The position numbers and the translations under genes were made by a program. Positions 1 to 9,740 of a stretch of 64,000 bases of DNA are shown one piece after another. The notes beneath the pieces are model-generated. The model was not told where the DNA came from and made no database searches. It was given only the letters and a program-made list of their open reading frames with translations. Origin of the DNA: Deltaproteobacteria bacterium (GTDB lineage: Bacteria; Myxococcota; JACPTQ01); NCBI GenBank assembly GCA_016192705.1, contig JACPTQ010000049.1:2180-66179 (forward strand), in the 5' to 3' direction. The stretch's first letter is position 1. Each line of letters opens with the position of its first letter.

Positions 1-2
1 AG

Positions 3-518
3 GACGCCCTACGCGCAAAGAAACTCGCCGAGCGTCTGCGCCCACTCGTCAAAGCAGCGCCAGCACCGACTCAGCTCGCGACCGTGTCGCCGCTTTCACC
101 TGCGCCCGATCCCGTTTCCGCAACCGCTCCCGATCCCGTTTCCGCAACCGCTCCCGCTGCCGCTCCTGCTCCGGCTACCAAACCCGCAAAACCTGTTCGC
201 GCGAACCTGCTCGCAAGCCCCATTGCGCAAACGTTCGTCATTGCTGGTTTCGCCACGATTTCAATGGGCGCCGCCCTCCTTGTTCGCCGCACACGCGCGC
301 GCCGTGCCGCTGCAAGACTCGCCGAGGAAGAAGTGTTCACCGTTCGCTCTTTCGCGCTCGCCACGAACCACGCGCGCTGCCTCATCTGCGGCCGTGCCTT
401 CGACCTCAACGCACGCCCCGTCAACTGCGCGCGCTGCGGAACGCCGCATCACATCGAGTGCTGGCAATACAACCGCGTCTGCGCAATCTATGCCTGCGAC
501 TCGCGCAAAGCTGCGTGA
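3..518 (+). CDS. Membrane protein with C-terminal prokaryotic RING finger (Prok-RING_1-like); 5' end lies outside the window
   Basis: Frame is open from base 3. Pro/Ala linker, then a TM helix (TFVIAGFATISMGAALLV), then CxxC...CxxCxxxHHxxCW...C...C (CLICG...CARCGTPHHIECWQYNRVCAIYAC). Confidence 0.75.
   Translation, partial: DALRAKKLAERLRPLVKAAPAPTQLATVSPLSPAPDPVSATAPDPVSATAPAAAPAPATKPAKPVRANLLASPIAQTFVIAGFATISMGAALLVRRTRARRAAARLAEEEVFTVRSFALATNHARCLICGRAFDLNARPVNCARCGTPHHIECWQYNRVCAIYACDSRKAA
105..152. repeat. Perfect 24-bp tandem duplication within a hexamer-periodic (CCCGCT-like) tract
   Basis: CCCGATCCCGTTTCCGCAACCGCT x2, encoding PDPVSATA x2. Confidence 0.9.
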
Positions 519-537
519 ATTGGTGGTCGCGTCCTCG

Positions 538-570
538 CTGACCTGATCTGTCAGTCGCGCCCGTTAGTAT
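538..570 (+). promoter_or_regulatory. Putative WYL-regulator operator and promoter for the FHA-WYL genes
   Basis: Palindrome CTGAC-N7-GTCAG (538-554). TGTCAG-N10-TAGTAT spacing. AGGAGG lies upstream of TTG 594. Confidence 0.6.
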
Positions 571-593
571 CGCGCCAGAAGGAGGGCCAGAAC

Positions 594-1577
594 TTGAGCA
601 CTAGTCGTGAAACAACAGCCGCCATCCCGACCGATTGCCTCGACGAGAAAACCGAGAAACCGCCCGCCGCTCCACTCCTGGAGGTCGACGGCTTCTCTTT
701 CTTCTCGCAGATTCATCGGCCGGTTCTCGATTCGATCCGCGATCGCAACGAGGAGGGCATCCAAATCGCGGCCACCCGCGAAGACGTGACCTCTTATTAT
801 CCGCGCTTCAGGCAGGCTTCGGCGTCACCCGAGTTTCTCACCATCGGCACGAGCAACCGATGCGACCTTCAGCTACCTGACGGTGACCCCGGCATTTCGG
901 CACGACACCTGCTTGCGCGGTACACCGCGAACGACTTGCGCGACGACGCCGTCTCGCTATTCCTTCTCCACGAAGGGGCCGCTCGAAATGGGTCGGCTTC
1001 CGAGAATCGCTCATTCCTTCACGCACACAGCCGGCGGTTCGCGATCCGCACGTCCCAGACAGAAATCCTCTTCTTGCCGGTCCGGCGTCGAGCCTGGCGA
1101 ACATCTGCGGCCGACACTTGGGAGAAATTGAAGTGCGGCTGCTTGTACTTGAAGGGCCGCTGCCGGAGCTGCACGAAAATGGTGGCCGGCAACGAGCTTA
1201 CTCGCGGGCTCGTTCCCGTGGATGCGCTCGCGTGGCCATCGGCGAACGCGGGAATCGCGGCGGTGCTTAGGCTTAGCGGGGGCAATGGTGGCGTCTCTCG
1301 CGTCGTCGGAGTCCCATCGGACGCCGACGGAGTCGTAATTGGTCGGCGTTCGCTCGCAGCGATGGGCTACGACCTCCCGTCGATTTCAGAGCCGCACCTT
1401 GCGATCGTCCGAGACGGGGCGGCGGCGAAGGCACGCTATTATGCTGTCGATCTGGCGTCCCAGAACGGGTCGCTCATCAACGGGTGGGGATTCGACCAGG
1501 CGCCGCTCGACGCGAACGCACGAATTGAGCTTGGCGAATCGATCGAATTGACTTGGGAACAGAGCACATCGTCGTGA
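594..1577 (+). CDS. FHA-domain protein (two FHA-like domains around a Cys-rich linker)
   Basis: TIGTSNRCDLQL...ISARH and VIGRR...SISEPH...DLASQNGSLING. CGCLYLKGRCRSC linker. SD AGGAGG. Confidence 0.75.
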   Translation: MSTSRETTAAIPTDCLDEKTEKPPAAPLLEVDGFSFFSQIHRPVLDSIRDRNEEGIQIAATREDVTSYYPRFRQASASPEFLTIGTSNRCDLQLPDGDPGISARHLLARYTANDLRDDAVSLFLLHEGAARNGSASENRSFLHAHSRRFAIRTSQTEILFLPVRRRAWRTSAADTWEKLKCGCLYLKGRCRSCTKMVAGNELTRGLVPVDALAWPSANAGIAAVLRLSGGNGGVSRVVGVPSDADGVVIGRRSLAAMGYDLPSISEPHLAIVRDGAAAKARYYAVDLASQNGSLINGWGFDQAPLDANARIELGESIELTWEQSTSS

Positions 1578-1664
1578 GGTGTGCCGCGTAGAGGAGGTGC
1601 CCGAAAAACAGATTGCGGAGCTCAGGAATTTGCGCTTCGCAGCGTCAGATCGGAAAATTGGCGC

Positions 1665-2645
1665 GTGGCACGCGAAGCACAACTGACGCGAACGTGGCAA
1701 CTCATCACGAGCCTCGACCACCATCAGAACGGCCTAACTGTCGAGGAGCTTCGTGACGAGCTGCGCGTCACGGAGCGAACGGTGTACCGGGACCTCGCCG
1801 CGCTTCAAGAAGCCGGCTTCCCGATTTTCAGTGACGCGGGCTCAGGGGTCGCCCGAAGGCGGTTTGTCGAGGGGTATCGGTTCGTCAAGGCGCTGCCGCT
1901 CAACGTCAAAGAAGCCGCGGCACTCGCGCTTGCGGGGGACCTCGTCGGGAGCTTTCATGGGACCTTTTTCGCCGACGCGATGAAATCGGCGTTCGAAAAA
2001 GTTCGCGGAACGCTGTCGCCCGAGGCGCTCGATTACGCGCGGAGCGCGGTGGGAATCCTTGGTGTCAGCGCGACGAAGCGGCACAATTACGAGAAGAAGG
2101 CGGCGATCCTTGCGACACTGCACGAGGCGACGCGCCTGCGGCGACAGGTCGAAATCGTCTACGAGTCGTTTTCGTCGAACCGCGTGGCCAGGCGAATCGT
2201 CGACCCGTATACGCTGCACCTTCATGGCGGAACGATTTACCTGATTGCTTACTGTCACCGGCGGCGCGATGTGCGGCAGTTCGTGGTTGACCGAGTTCGA
2301 AGCGCGAAGACGCTGACCGAAACATTCGAGGTTCAAGAGGGCTACGACCCAGAGCGCCACCTCGCATCGGCGTTCAAGATGTTTCGCGGAAAGCCTTTCG
2401 TGGCGCGGATTTGCTTCGAGCGCCGCGCGGCGCGCTACCTCCGCGAGCGGACGTATCACCCATCGCAAACGATTCGTGACTTGAAGGGCGGCGCGATCGA
2501 AGTCACGCTCGAAGTTTCCGGCGTCGACCAACTCGCGGCCTGGGTCGCCTCGTTCGGCGGCGACGCGACCGTCCTCGAGCCCGACAAGCTTCGCCGCGCC
2601 GTCGTTCGGCGCGCGAAGGGGACGCTGGGGCGATATGGCAGATAA
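1665..2645 (+). CDS. HTH-WYL-WCX transcriptional regulator (PafB/PafC/YafY-like)
   Basis: wHTH LTVEELRDELRVTERTVYRDLAALQEAGFPI. WYL core RRIVDPYTL...YLIAYCHRRRDVRQFVVDRV. WCX-like tail WVASFGGDATVLEP. Start trimmed to GTG 1665. Confidence 0.9.
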   Translation: MAREAQLTRTWQLITSLDHHQNGLTVEELRDELRVTERTVYRDLAALQEAGFPIFSDAGSGVARRRFVEGYRFVKALPLNVKEAAALALAGDLVGSFHGTFFADAMKSAFEKVRGTLSPEALDYARSAVGILGVSATKRHNYEKKAAILATLHEATRLRRQVEIVYESFSSNRVARRIVDPYTLHLHGGTIYLIAYCHRRRDVRQFVVDRVRSAKTLTETFEVQEGYDPERHLASAFKMFRGKPFVARICFERRAARYLRERTYHPSQTIRDLKGGAIEVTLEVSGVDQLAAWVASFGGDATVLEPDKLRRAVVRRAKGTLGRYGR

Positions 2646-2670
2646 CACGGTTCGGCACTTGCGGTACTGA

Positions 2671-4923
2671 TCATGCGGTCGTTGCTGATGGACCGCTCAA
2701 ATCCACCTCATCGCGCACAAACCTCCATGAGCGAATCTCAAAAAAACGTTCTGCGAACAGTCGCCGTAAGGCAGAGACCTTTGCCGAGTCAACGAAATGG
2801 GTGCGGTCTGCAATGACGACGAGCTTTGACTTGGCGCGACTCATCGCAACGTTAACCAACCGGTCGCCTGTTTCACCGCTAAAGAGGCGACCAACCTTTG
2901 TTCCGTCACATTCAACGAGATCAATCACGACGACGTCGAATTCGCTCCCCTGAAATGCGTGAACAGTCCCGATTGAAACACGGCGTTCGGATTCAGCCCC
3001 AGCGGGTTGCGACACGAGGTCCTGGAGGAGAAGGCGAAGACGTGCGACGTGTGCGCGATACGGCGCAATGACGCCAATCCGAGCGGTCTTGTTCAAGCGA
3101 CAATAGGCTCGCGTGAGATTCGCTGAAAACTGCGCTGTTCCGGCGTTAACCCGAGAACCACCGGCTGTCATCAGCACCCCAGATCCAGGCATGCCTCCTA
3201 CGTCGATGAGCACCGCAGCCTTTCCAGAACCGGGTGGCAAATCGACCGCCCTGCGACGCTCAGGATCGCCCATGTTCACATCTGATTTTAGGCGCCCGCC
3301 GTAAAAGACGCTGTTCACGCAGGCGGCGATTTCGGGGGCCATGCGCCTTTGATGGACGAGCATCGCGTAGTCGGAGCGCTCCGATGGGCCAGCCAACTCA
3401 GAAGAGAAGCCTCGATAAAAGAATGCATCGCGATGCAGCCATCGCGCGGCAAGTTCCCCCTGCGAAATGGCAATTGGACCGAGCTGCTTGAAGTCCCCCG
3501 CGAGAATGAGGCCTCGAGACGCACAGGTCGAAACAGCCACGGCGCTCGCAGCAGAGACCATGCTGCTTTCGTCGACGACCGCGATGTCGAACTGGCCATT
3601 CGCGATGCCGCTGTCGCTCACGGCCTGAGCGATGGTCGTAAACACGACTCGAGACTTTTGGAGATAGCACGAGACAACGTCTTTCAGCAGTCTTTCGAGA
3701 GTCGCGATTCGGCTGTTGACTTCTGCGCGAGACGAAGCATCACTTCGCGGCAATCGATCGCGCTCGATCCGCTTTTGCTTTAGCTCACCGAGGATTCCCT
3801 GCCTTTCGGCACGATACCGAAACAACCCGGGGTATGCGAACACATCGGGATCCCTGGGATACCCGTAACGGACAACCAACCCCTCCTGAAGAAGCCCCTC
3901 CAGCACGGCGCGAGCAGAGCGCTCGAACGCCTTTACCGTCGCGACCGCGAGTCGATCCACGGCAACGTTGGCGGTTGCGACACCGATCACTCGCAACCCC
4001 GAGGTGACGAGTGTGGCGATAACCCGCCCGAGCGTATGAGTCTTTCCCGTTCCGGGCGGTCCCCAGATCACAAAGGCCGCGGGCTGCTGATGCATCCGAA
4101 GTACCGCTGCGGATTGAGCGTCATCGAGGTCAATCAATACGGGTTCTGATGAGATTGGTAGCGCCGGCGCCGAGGCGCTGCGCTCGACAATCGCTTTCGC
4201 CAGAAACGAAGTCGACGGGTCGATCCGTGCGATCGCGTCTCGGAGACGTTCAAGCAGCCAGTCGTGATTAGGCTCGAGCGCAATGGGCCTCTCGAACGCG
4301 ATACTCAAGTCGAGCCGTTTCTTACAGGCGACCCATACTGTATTGTCAGCTTCATCTATGCTCACCACGATGGCGTCGAACGACGCGTTGGACGTTGTCC
4401 TCAGCAGCGCCGGCGCGCCTTCGGTGACAGGTACGGGCTCGTCGGTGTCGCGCTCGCTTAACATGAATTCGAAAACAAACGGATACTCATCGGCACTCAG
4501 CTGCTTTCGAAGTCGCCCGCCCAAGATTGGAAGCCTCAGCTTCTTGCTCTGATCGCGCACGGCCCGGCGTTCCAACGATATGGCCTCGCACATCTCTTTC
4601 AGCTGGTCTGCGAGGGTACCGGAAGCCGGATGAGTGGCTTCCGGGCCCAGTGACAGGCGTCGCTCTGGGTCTTCAAGTTTCGCCATCAGCTCAGGAAAAT
4701 CGCGGTTGATGGTGTGCCACTGGGGTTTCCATTTGTGTAAACCACACCTCACGAAATACCTTGGATTAGCGGAGATCATGCTCCCCACCCGGCTCGCCCG
4801 TGATCCCGTACCGGCTCCCATAACGACGAATGCGATTTGCGTGAAGGTCAGAGGCACGCAGCGGTCGCTCCTCTGGTACCACATCTTCAGGATGGATATG
4901 AGGAGGTCGGAATCAGTCATCAT
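2671..4923 (-). CDS. SF1 (UPF1/DNA2-like, AAA_11/AAA_12) helicase with N-terminal putative winged helix
   Basis: Motifs GPPGTGKT, VDESSM, GDFKQLGP, QRRM, TVHAFQGSE, NVAMSRAK. Start is ATG 4929, 4923 or 4920. Confidence 0.88.
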   Translation of the reverse strand: MMTDSDLLISILKMWYQRSDRCVPLTFTQIAFVVMGAGTGSRASRVGSMISANPRYFVRCGLHKWKPQWHTINRDFPELMAKLEDPERRLSLGPEATHPASGTLADQLKEMCEAISLERRAVRDQSKKLRLPILGGRLRKQLSADEYPFVFEFMLSERDTDEPVPVTEGAPALLRTTSNASFDAIVVSIDEADNTVWVACKKRLDLSIAFERPIALEPNHDWLLERLRDAIARIDPSTSFLAKAIVERSASAPALPISSEPVLIDLDDAQSAAVLRMHQQPAAFVIWGPPGTGKTHTLGRVIATLVTSGLRVIGVATANVAVDRLAVATVKAFERSARAVLEGLLQEGLVVRYGYPRDPDVFAYPGLFRYRAERQGILGELKQKRIERDRLPRSDASSRAEVNSRIATLERLLKDVVSCYLQKSRVVFTTIAQAVSDSGIANGQFDIAVVDESSMVSAASAVAVSTCASRGLILAGDFKQLGPIAISQGELAARWLHRDAFFYRGFSSELAGPSERSDYAMLVHQRRMAPEIAACVNSVFYGGRLKSDVNMGDPERRRAVDLPPGSGKAAVLIDVGGMPGSGVLMTAGGSRVNAGTAQFSANLTRAYCRLNKTARIGVIAPYRAHVARLRLLLQDLVSQPAGAESERRVSIGTVHAFQGSEFDVVVIDLVECDGTKVGRLFSGETGDRLVNVAMSRAKSKLVVIADRTHFVDSAKVSALRRLFAERFFEIRSWRFVRDEVDLSGPSATTA

Positions 4924-4930
4924 CGTCATC

Positions 4931-4963
4931 CAGATACACCCGGGACCTGACAGAACAGGTCAG
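4931..4963 (-). promoter_or_regulatory. Second copy of the putative WYL operator, upstream of the helicase
   Basis: Minus strand CTGACCTGTTCTGTCAG is 16/17 identical to 538-554 and is followed by N10-TATCTG. Confidence 0.6.
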
Positions 4964-5100
4964 TCCGACAGACAGGTCTCATCCCCACCGTTTCGGCTTC
5001 CCATTACACGCAAGAACGCTGCGACCGGCGACGCATTCCGACGCGTGTCGCACCGAATACGATTCGCGTGCAACGACGCCCTCTCGATTCCTGTTTGCGA

Positions 5101-7146
5101 TCAAGCGCCGCCGACAACTTTCATGGCGGCTGTTTTCGGGTCCCCATAGAAGATTGGGTCCACGTGCTCCATGATGTCGGCGCTCACGTCGAGGAAGTTC
5201 CGCTTGTTCTCGATCGGGATGAGGGCGCGTTTAGCACCGTTGTCCATTGCGACTTGGAGCGGCTCCGTGAGCGAGCGGATCGGCTTGATGTTCCCCTGGA
5301 CGCTCATGTCTCCGAGGATGAGCAGACCGGGGCTGACGGATGCCTTTCTCAACGCGGAGTAGCTGGCAACGAAGAATGCCACGCCAGGCTCGGCCTCAAC
5401 GCGGTTTGCGAGCAGGTCAATAACCTCGACGTGAAGGTCGGAAACATCGAGGTCGCGCGCGATGCCGAGGTCCGTCTTCTTGGCGTGCAGGAAGCTGAAG
5501 GCTCGCTGGAGGGATTCCTTCATCACACCGGCGACGCCGCCGGCCAGCTTGAGTTTGCCCGTGCCGTTCGAGACTGAGATTTCCACGCGGAAGAGACCGA
5601 CGGTGCCGTCCGACGTCACGCCCGCACTGTAAACCGTACCGGGGGAGATCGGATCGGTCGAGATGAGATCGCGCCCGCCCTGCTCGGGGACGCCGACGAA
5701 TCTCTCCTCTCCGGTTTCCTGAAGCGTGTAGCTGAACGACGTGTGATAGTACTCAAATGAGCCCATTTTCTTGAGTTGTTCCTTCACGCGCCTTCGCCCT
5801 TCGAGTGCAAGCTCAAGGATCTCGCCGAGTTCATTCGGCGTGACGACCCCATGCGGGAACAGGATTTTCACGAGGCCCGACACCGTCTTGCGGACGGCCT
5901 TGCGGTCGCGGGCGTTGAGGTGCGCGCCAAGCGAGAAGTGGCGATCGATGGTCTCAGTGAAGTTGTGCTTCCGCATTTCGCGAAGCGCCTCGGCGAGGTA
6001 GTCGACGACGAACCCGTAGTGGTTCGTGAAAAGGTCGTTCCGCATCTTCGGGATCTCCCAGCCCGGGAGGTAGAAGTGTATTCGGTCGATAAAGGCCATG
6101 TCGTCGCGGATGATGTCCGGCATCGGCGCGAACAGGTGTCCCGTCTGAACCATCACGTCGACGGGCTGGTTCGTGTTGCCGAACATCGCGATGCTCGCGT
6201 CGCCAGAAACCGCCTCCTGGCCACGCTGGAAGGTGCCGGATTCGCAGTAGGTTTTCATAGTCGTGATGACCTCCTTGGGCATTTTCTGAAGGTCGGCGAC
6301 TTCGTCGAATCCGACGACGTCCCAGATTTGAACCATGCCCTTCTGCCGGCCGGACAAGTGGCCGAAAAGGTTCGCGACCGTCGTGCCGCCCGTGAGCAGC
6401 GCTGAGTACGGCGACACTTCCTGCACCACGTAGCTCTTGCCCGTGCCGCGAGGGCCAAGCTCGACGAGGTTGTAGTTGTGCTCGGCGAGCGGGATAAGGC
6501 GCACCAGAAAGAGGAGCTTGAGGCGCCGCGACATGTCGCCCGGCTCGTACCCCATGCTTCGCATGATGAGGTCGAGCCACTCGTCCGTCGTGAGCTCGCC
6601 CCGGACGCGACGGTACTCTTCGAGGTCGAACGTCGCGATCTGGATGGGCGTGAGCTTGTCGATCCAGAAAGGATTCTTTCCACCGGCCTCTTCGTCGGAC
6701 TGGAATCGCAGATCGAGCTGGGTCCACACGCCGCCCATGAGCAGGCGCTCGTAGTCGCGCACGTACTGCGTTGGAACGTGGAGAAACTTGTTTCCGAAGT
6801 TTACCGCCTCGGCCCAGTAGTCGGAGTCGACCAGGCGGACCTTCACCTTGTCGATGAACGTGTACCTCCCGTTCTCCTTGACCTTGCTCTGCGCCTTCCC
6901 CGACTCGTCGGGTCGGATGTAATTGTTGGCGAGCGTGTCGTTGACGACCTGCAACCCCATCTGGATCGCCACCTCATCAGACGACGCGCAGTACTTTCCG
7001 AGCAGATACTCGAGCACGAAGACAGGGACGTTCGCACCGACCTTCACCTTGCGGACGAGATCCTTGCGAACGACCTTCCCCGCGAAGAGGCGGTTGACCT
7101 TGTCGTCGAGTGCGTCGCGTATCGGGGTTCCGTTGCTCATGTTCAT
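5101..7146 (-). CDS. brxL: BREX Lon-related protein BrxL
   Basis: GKVVRKDLV...NVPVFVLEYLLGKYC, NLVELGPRGTGKS, VVGFDEVA, AFIDRIHFYLPGWEIPK, Lon-like C-terminus. ATG overlaps the pglZ stop (TGATG). Confidence 0.95.
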   Translation of the reverse strand: MNMSNGTPIRDALDDKVNRLFAGKVVRKDLVRKVKVGANVPVFVLEYLLGKYCASSDEVAIQMGLQVVNDTLANNYIRPDESGKAQSKVKENGRYTFIDKVKVRLVDSDYWAEAVNFGNKFLHVPTQYVRDYERLLMGGVWTQLDLRFQSDEEAGGKNPFWIDKLTPIQIATFDLEEYRRVRGELTTDEWLDLIMRSMGYEPGDMSRRLKLLFLVRLIPLAEHNYNLVELGPRGTGKSYVVQEVSPYSALLTGGTTVANLFGHLSGRQKGMVQIWDVVGFDEVADLQKMPKEVITTMKTYCESGTFQRGQEAVSGDASIAMFGNTNQPVDVMVQTGHLFAPMPDIIRDDMAFIDRIHFYLPGWEIPKMRNDLFTNHYGFVVDYLAEALREMRKHNFTETIDRHFSLGAHLNARDRKAVRKTVSGLVKILFPHGVVTPNELGEILELALEGRRRVKEQLKKMGSFEYYHTSFSYTLQETGEERFVGVPEQGGRDLISTDPISPGTVYSAGVTSDGTVGLFRVEISVSNGTGKLKLAGGVAGVMKESLQRAFSFLHAKKTDLGIARDLDVSDLHVEVIDLLANRVEAEPGVAFFVASYSALRKASVSPGLLILGDMSVQGNIKPIRSLTEPLQVAMDNGAKRALIPIENKRNFLDVSADIMEHVDPIFYGDPKTAAMKVVGGA

Positions 7147-9740
7147 CACACTCCAAGTCGTACCGGGATGTCCGCCGGCGATCGATACAGCTCTGCGTCC
7201 GTTGCCGGGTCCTGCACCACGACACGGAGCGCCGGCCCGCTCTCGTCGCTCAAGAGAAACGCGACCGTCGTGGGCTTCCCGGGCTGCAGCATTACGCACC
7301 CCGTCGCGCGATCGAGCTCGGCCTCGATCGCCATCCCTACGCTGCCCACCTGCCTGCCTGATGCGGTGAGCAGCGGGCGCACGAGCAGCCCGCCAACAGA
7401 CGTGCTTCCGAGATTGATTTGCTCTGTGAATGTAAGCGAGACGCTGAAGATACGGTTGGAAACCACGTTGGGAAGGCCGCTTACGGTAACCGGACCAGAT
7501 GCGAGCTGAACCCCCCTCTCAGCCCTCAAGCGAACGGTCAGTACCGGAACAATTGCCTCCTGCAGCGACAGCCCACCGTGGTGGAATGCGAGGTCTCCGC
7601 CGGCCTTGAAGACACCGCTGCCAATGGGGAAAACAAACTCGAGATTCGACGCATAGCCCAGCGTCGATGCTTCCACTCTAATGCATCCAGCCGGAGTGGT
7701 CCCACCGCGGCCAATCCAGCACCGACGGTGAAGCTCGACCTCGTGCCCGCCGGGTTTCTCGATCCGCATCGACTCGTCGCGATCGGCGGGGAAGAACAGA
7801 TGGCCGTGATCCGCGGAGACGACCGAGTGCTCAACGCCAGCCGCTGCGAGTCTCCGGATAGCGCGCGCGAGGTTGTCGATCACGGTGTCCATCACCTGGC
7901 GGGCCTGATGGGAAAACCCGGTCTCGCCGGCGTGATCGATTTCCTGCGACTTGACGACGATGACCTGCGCGCCCTCGATCTTCCTCGCGAGTTTCGACGC
8001 CTGTAGGCTGAGGAGTTCGTCGAGGCCGACGTGGCTGAGCTTAGGGACCTTCGCAGAAGCGAACTTCTTTCGTGCCGATGAGTCCGGAAGGAATGCATCT
8101 TCAATGCGCGCGCCGAGTACGCCATCCTGCTCCACGACGCTGAAACTCGCGGACGCTCCCGGCTGTAAAGCCGCCATTCCAACTGTTGTGATGCTCGGCA
8201 GCGCGCAGATGGCGTGCCGCGTACTGACCTCGGCGCTCTTCGGCAAGCGCTCGGCCAACTCTACGCCCATTTCGAATCGCATAGCGTCAACCAGGAAGTA
8301 CGCGAGGGGCTTCGGGCGGTCTGCAACTGCCTCCCTATAGACGCAAGTCTGGTGCAGCACTCCAGGAGTGGCCCACTTGGCCTTCGCGAGAGCACGAGTG
8401 AAGCCCTCTGCCATCGCATGGCACGCGTCTTCGTACGCTCGGCGGACGACACCAAGGGGGCGCTCCTCCGGTTCTTCCTCAAGCTTCGTGATCAGGACTT
8501 CGAGCCGCCGCTGCAATTGGTCGATCCGATACCAACCGTCCTTCGACGCGTACGCATCGATCCACGATACGGGGCCATTGCCGATCTTCGCCATCGCGGC
8601 GCGAACTGCGACTATTGCGCCGCCAAGTTCGGCCATCCGGCGGCACGTTTCCCATTGCGCCTTCCGCCCGACATCGTGGTCCAGCCAGAAGCTGTTCTCG
8701 CGTTCGGTGACGATTGCCAGCGCCTCGTCGAACCCCTGCTCGGCGATGAGCGCTCCGCAATGGGAGAGGAGCGCGCGCTCCTCAAAACGGAAAGTGTCGA
8801 TCGAGCCGAGCGCGTCGGCTGCTATCGGCGCATTCCGAAGCCCGAGCTCCTTCTCGACATGGTCCGCCAGGTTCGGGTAGGCGCTCGCGAAGCTCGTTCG
8901 GAGACGACGGGCCAACTCTCGGACGGCGCTTTCATTGTCCTTCGTCTTCGGCGCGGGCACGGCGGCAACGCTCGGAGGAGGGGGGCAGCGCAGGTCCGTC
9001 CGGAACTCGCCCGCGAGGACATAGCGCAAGGTGATAGCCCGCACCTTCGAGATCGACGCATTCTCGGGAAGCTCCGCACCGAGGCGCGAGCGAATCAGCT
9101 TGATGAGCTCGCGCGTCGCCGCCTTGGTTTCGATGGCGGCGTCGCGGGAGTCACTGGCAAGCCACGCACCGAGGAGCCCATCGTTGCCGGCGGTGTCGTG
9201 GAAGACGGACTTCAAGATCGACGGCGGCTCCGTCGATGTCGTGTCAGCTGCAGCACGAGCAAGGTCCTCGTAAGACACCTTACGGTCGACCGGCAGCATT
9301 TCGTCGACAACCCCCAGCGTGTACTTCTGGAGGAGTACGTTCTTAGCCAACCGCTTGAGTTGGGGCTCCCAGGTCGTGCCGGCCTTCTCGATCTCCATGA
9401 GCACGGAGCCGCGCCGATCGCGTTCACGGCCTGGGATGAAAAGTAGAGTTGGTTCGGGGGAATCGGCAGCGGCAACCATCTCCACCGCGGTCCGCACTTC
9501 GAAAAACGACCCCGAAAACTCGGCGATCCAGAACGCCTTCCCCGCCGCCTCAACTTCCGTAAGGCCGACTGAAATCCGCGCGTCGTCTTGTGCTGCCAGC
9601 TTTCGACTCCGTTCCGTTGCCTCAAGCTCGCCGATGAACGCCTCAAACTCCCGCCTCGGGTCGTACCAAACAACGATCTTGTTCGCCTTCAACTTATCGG
9701 AGAGCTGCTTAGCGACGTAATCGTGGAGGGGATGCGTCAT
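7146..9740 (-). CDS. pglZ: BREX phosphatase PglZ
   Basis: VDAMRFEMG, LPSITTVGMAAL, VSADHGH, FHHGGLSLQEAIVP. ATG 9740 overlaps the upstream stop (ATGA). Confidence 0.95.
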   Translation of the reverse strand: MTHPLHDYVAKQLSDKLKANKIVVWYDPRREFEAFIGELEATERSRKLAAQDDARISVGLTEVEAAGKAFWIAEFSGSFFEVRTAVEMVAAADSPEPTLLFIPGRERDRRGSVLMEIEKAGTTWEPQLKRLAKNVLLQKYTLGVVDEMLPVDRKVSYEDLARAAADTTSTEPPSILKSVFHDTAGNDGLLGAWLASDSRDAAIETKAATRELIKLIRSRLGAELPENASISKVRAITLRYVLAGEFRTDLRCPPPPSVAAVPAPKTKDNESAVRELARRLRTSFASAYPNLADHVEKELGLRNAPIAADALGSIDTFRFEERALLSHCGALIAEQGFDEALAIVTERENSFWLDHDVGRKAQWETCRRMAELGGAIVAVRAAMAKIGNGPVSWIDAYASKDGWYRIDQLQRRLEVLITKLEEEPEERPLGVVRRAYEDACHAMAEGFTRALAKAKWATPGVLHQTCVYREAVADRPKPLAYFLVDAMRFEMGVELAERLPKSAEVSTRHAICALPSITTVGMAALQPGASASFSVVEQDGVLGARIEDAFLPDSSARKKFASAKVPKLSHVGLDELLSLQASKLARKIEGAQVIVVKSQEIDHAGETGFSHQARQVMDTVIDNLARAIRRLAAAGVEHSVVSADHGHLFFPADRDESMRIEKPGGHEVELHRRCWIGRGGTTPAGCIRVEASTLGYASNLEFVFPIGSGVFKAGGDLAFHHGGLSLQEAIVPVLTVRLRAERGVQLASGPVTVSGLPNVVSNRIFSVSLTFTEQINLGSTSVGGLLVRPLLTASGRQVGSVGMAIEAELDRATGCVMLQPGKPTTVAFLLSDESGPALRVVVQDPATDAELYRSPADIPVRLGV

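Noticed and set aside
521-537. TGGTGG as a possible tRNA CCA-end remnant marking the island edge
   Set aside because: Only 6 bp, with no T-arm sequence next to it.
1665-2645. Calling the WYL gene brxR
   Set aside because: BrxR-type repressors lead the BREX operon. This gene is at the far end, on the opposite strand, and has a PafBC-like layout.
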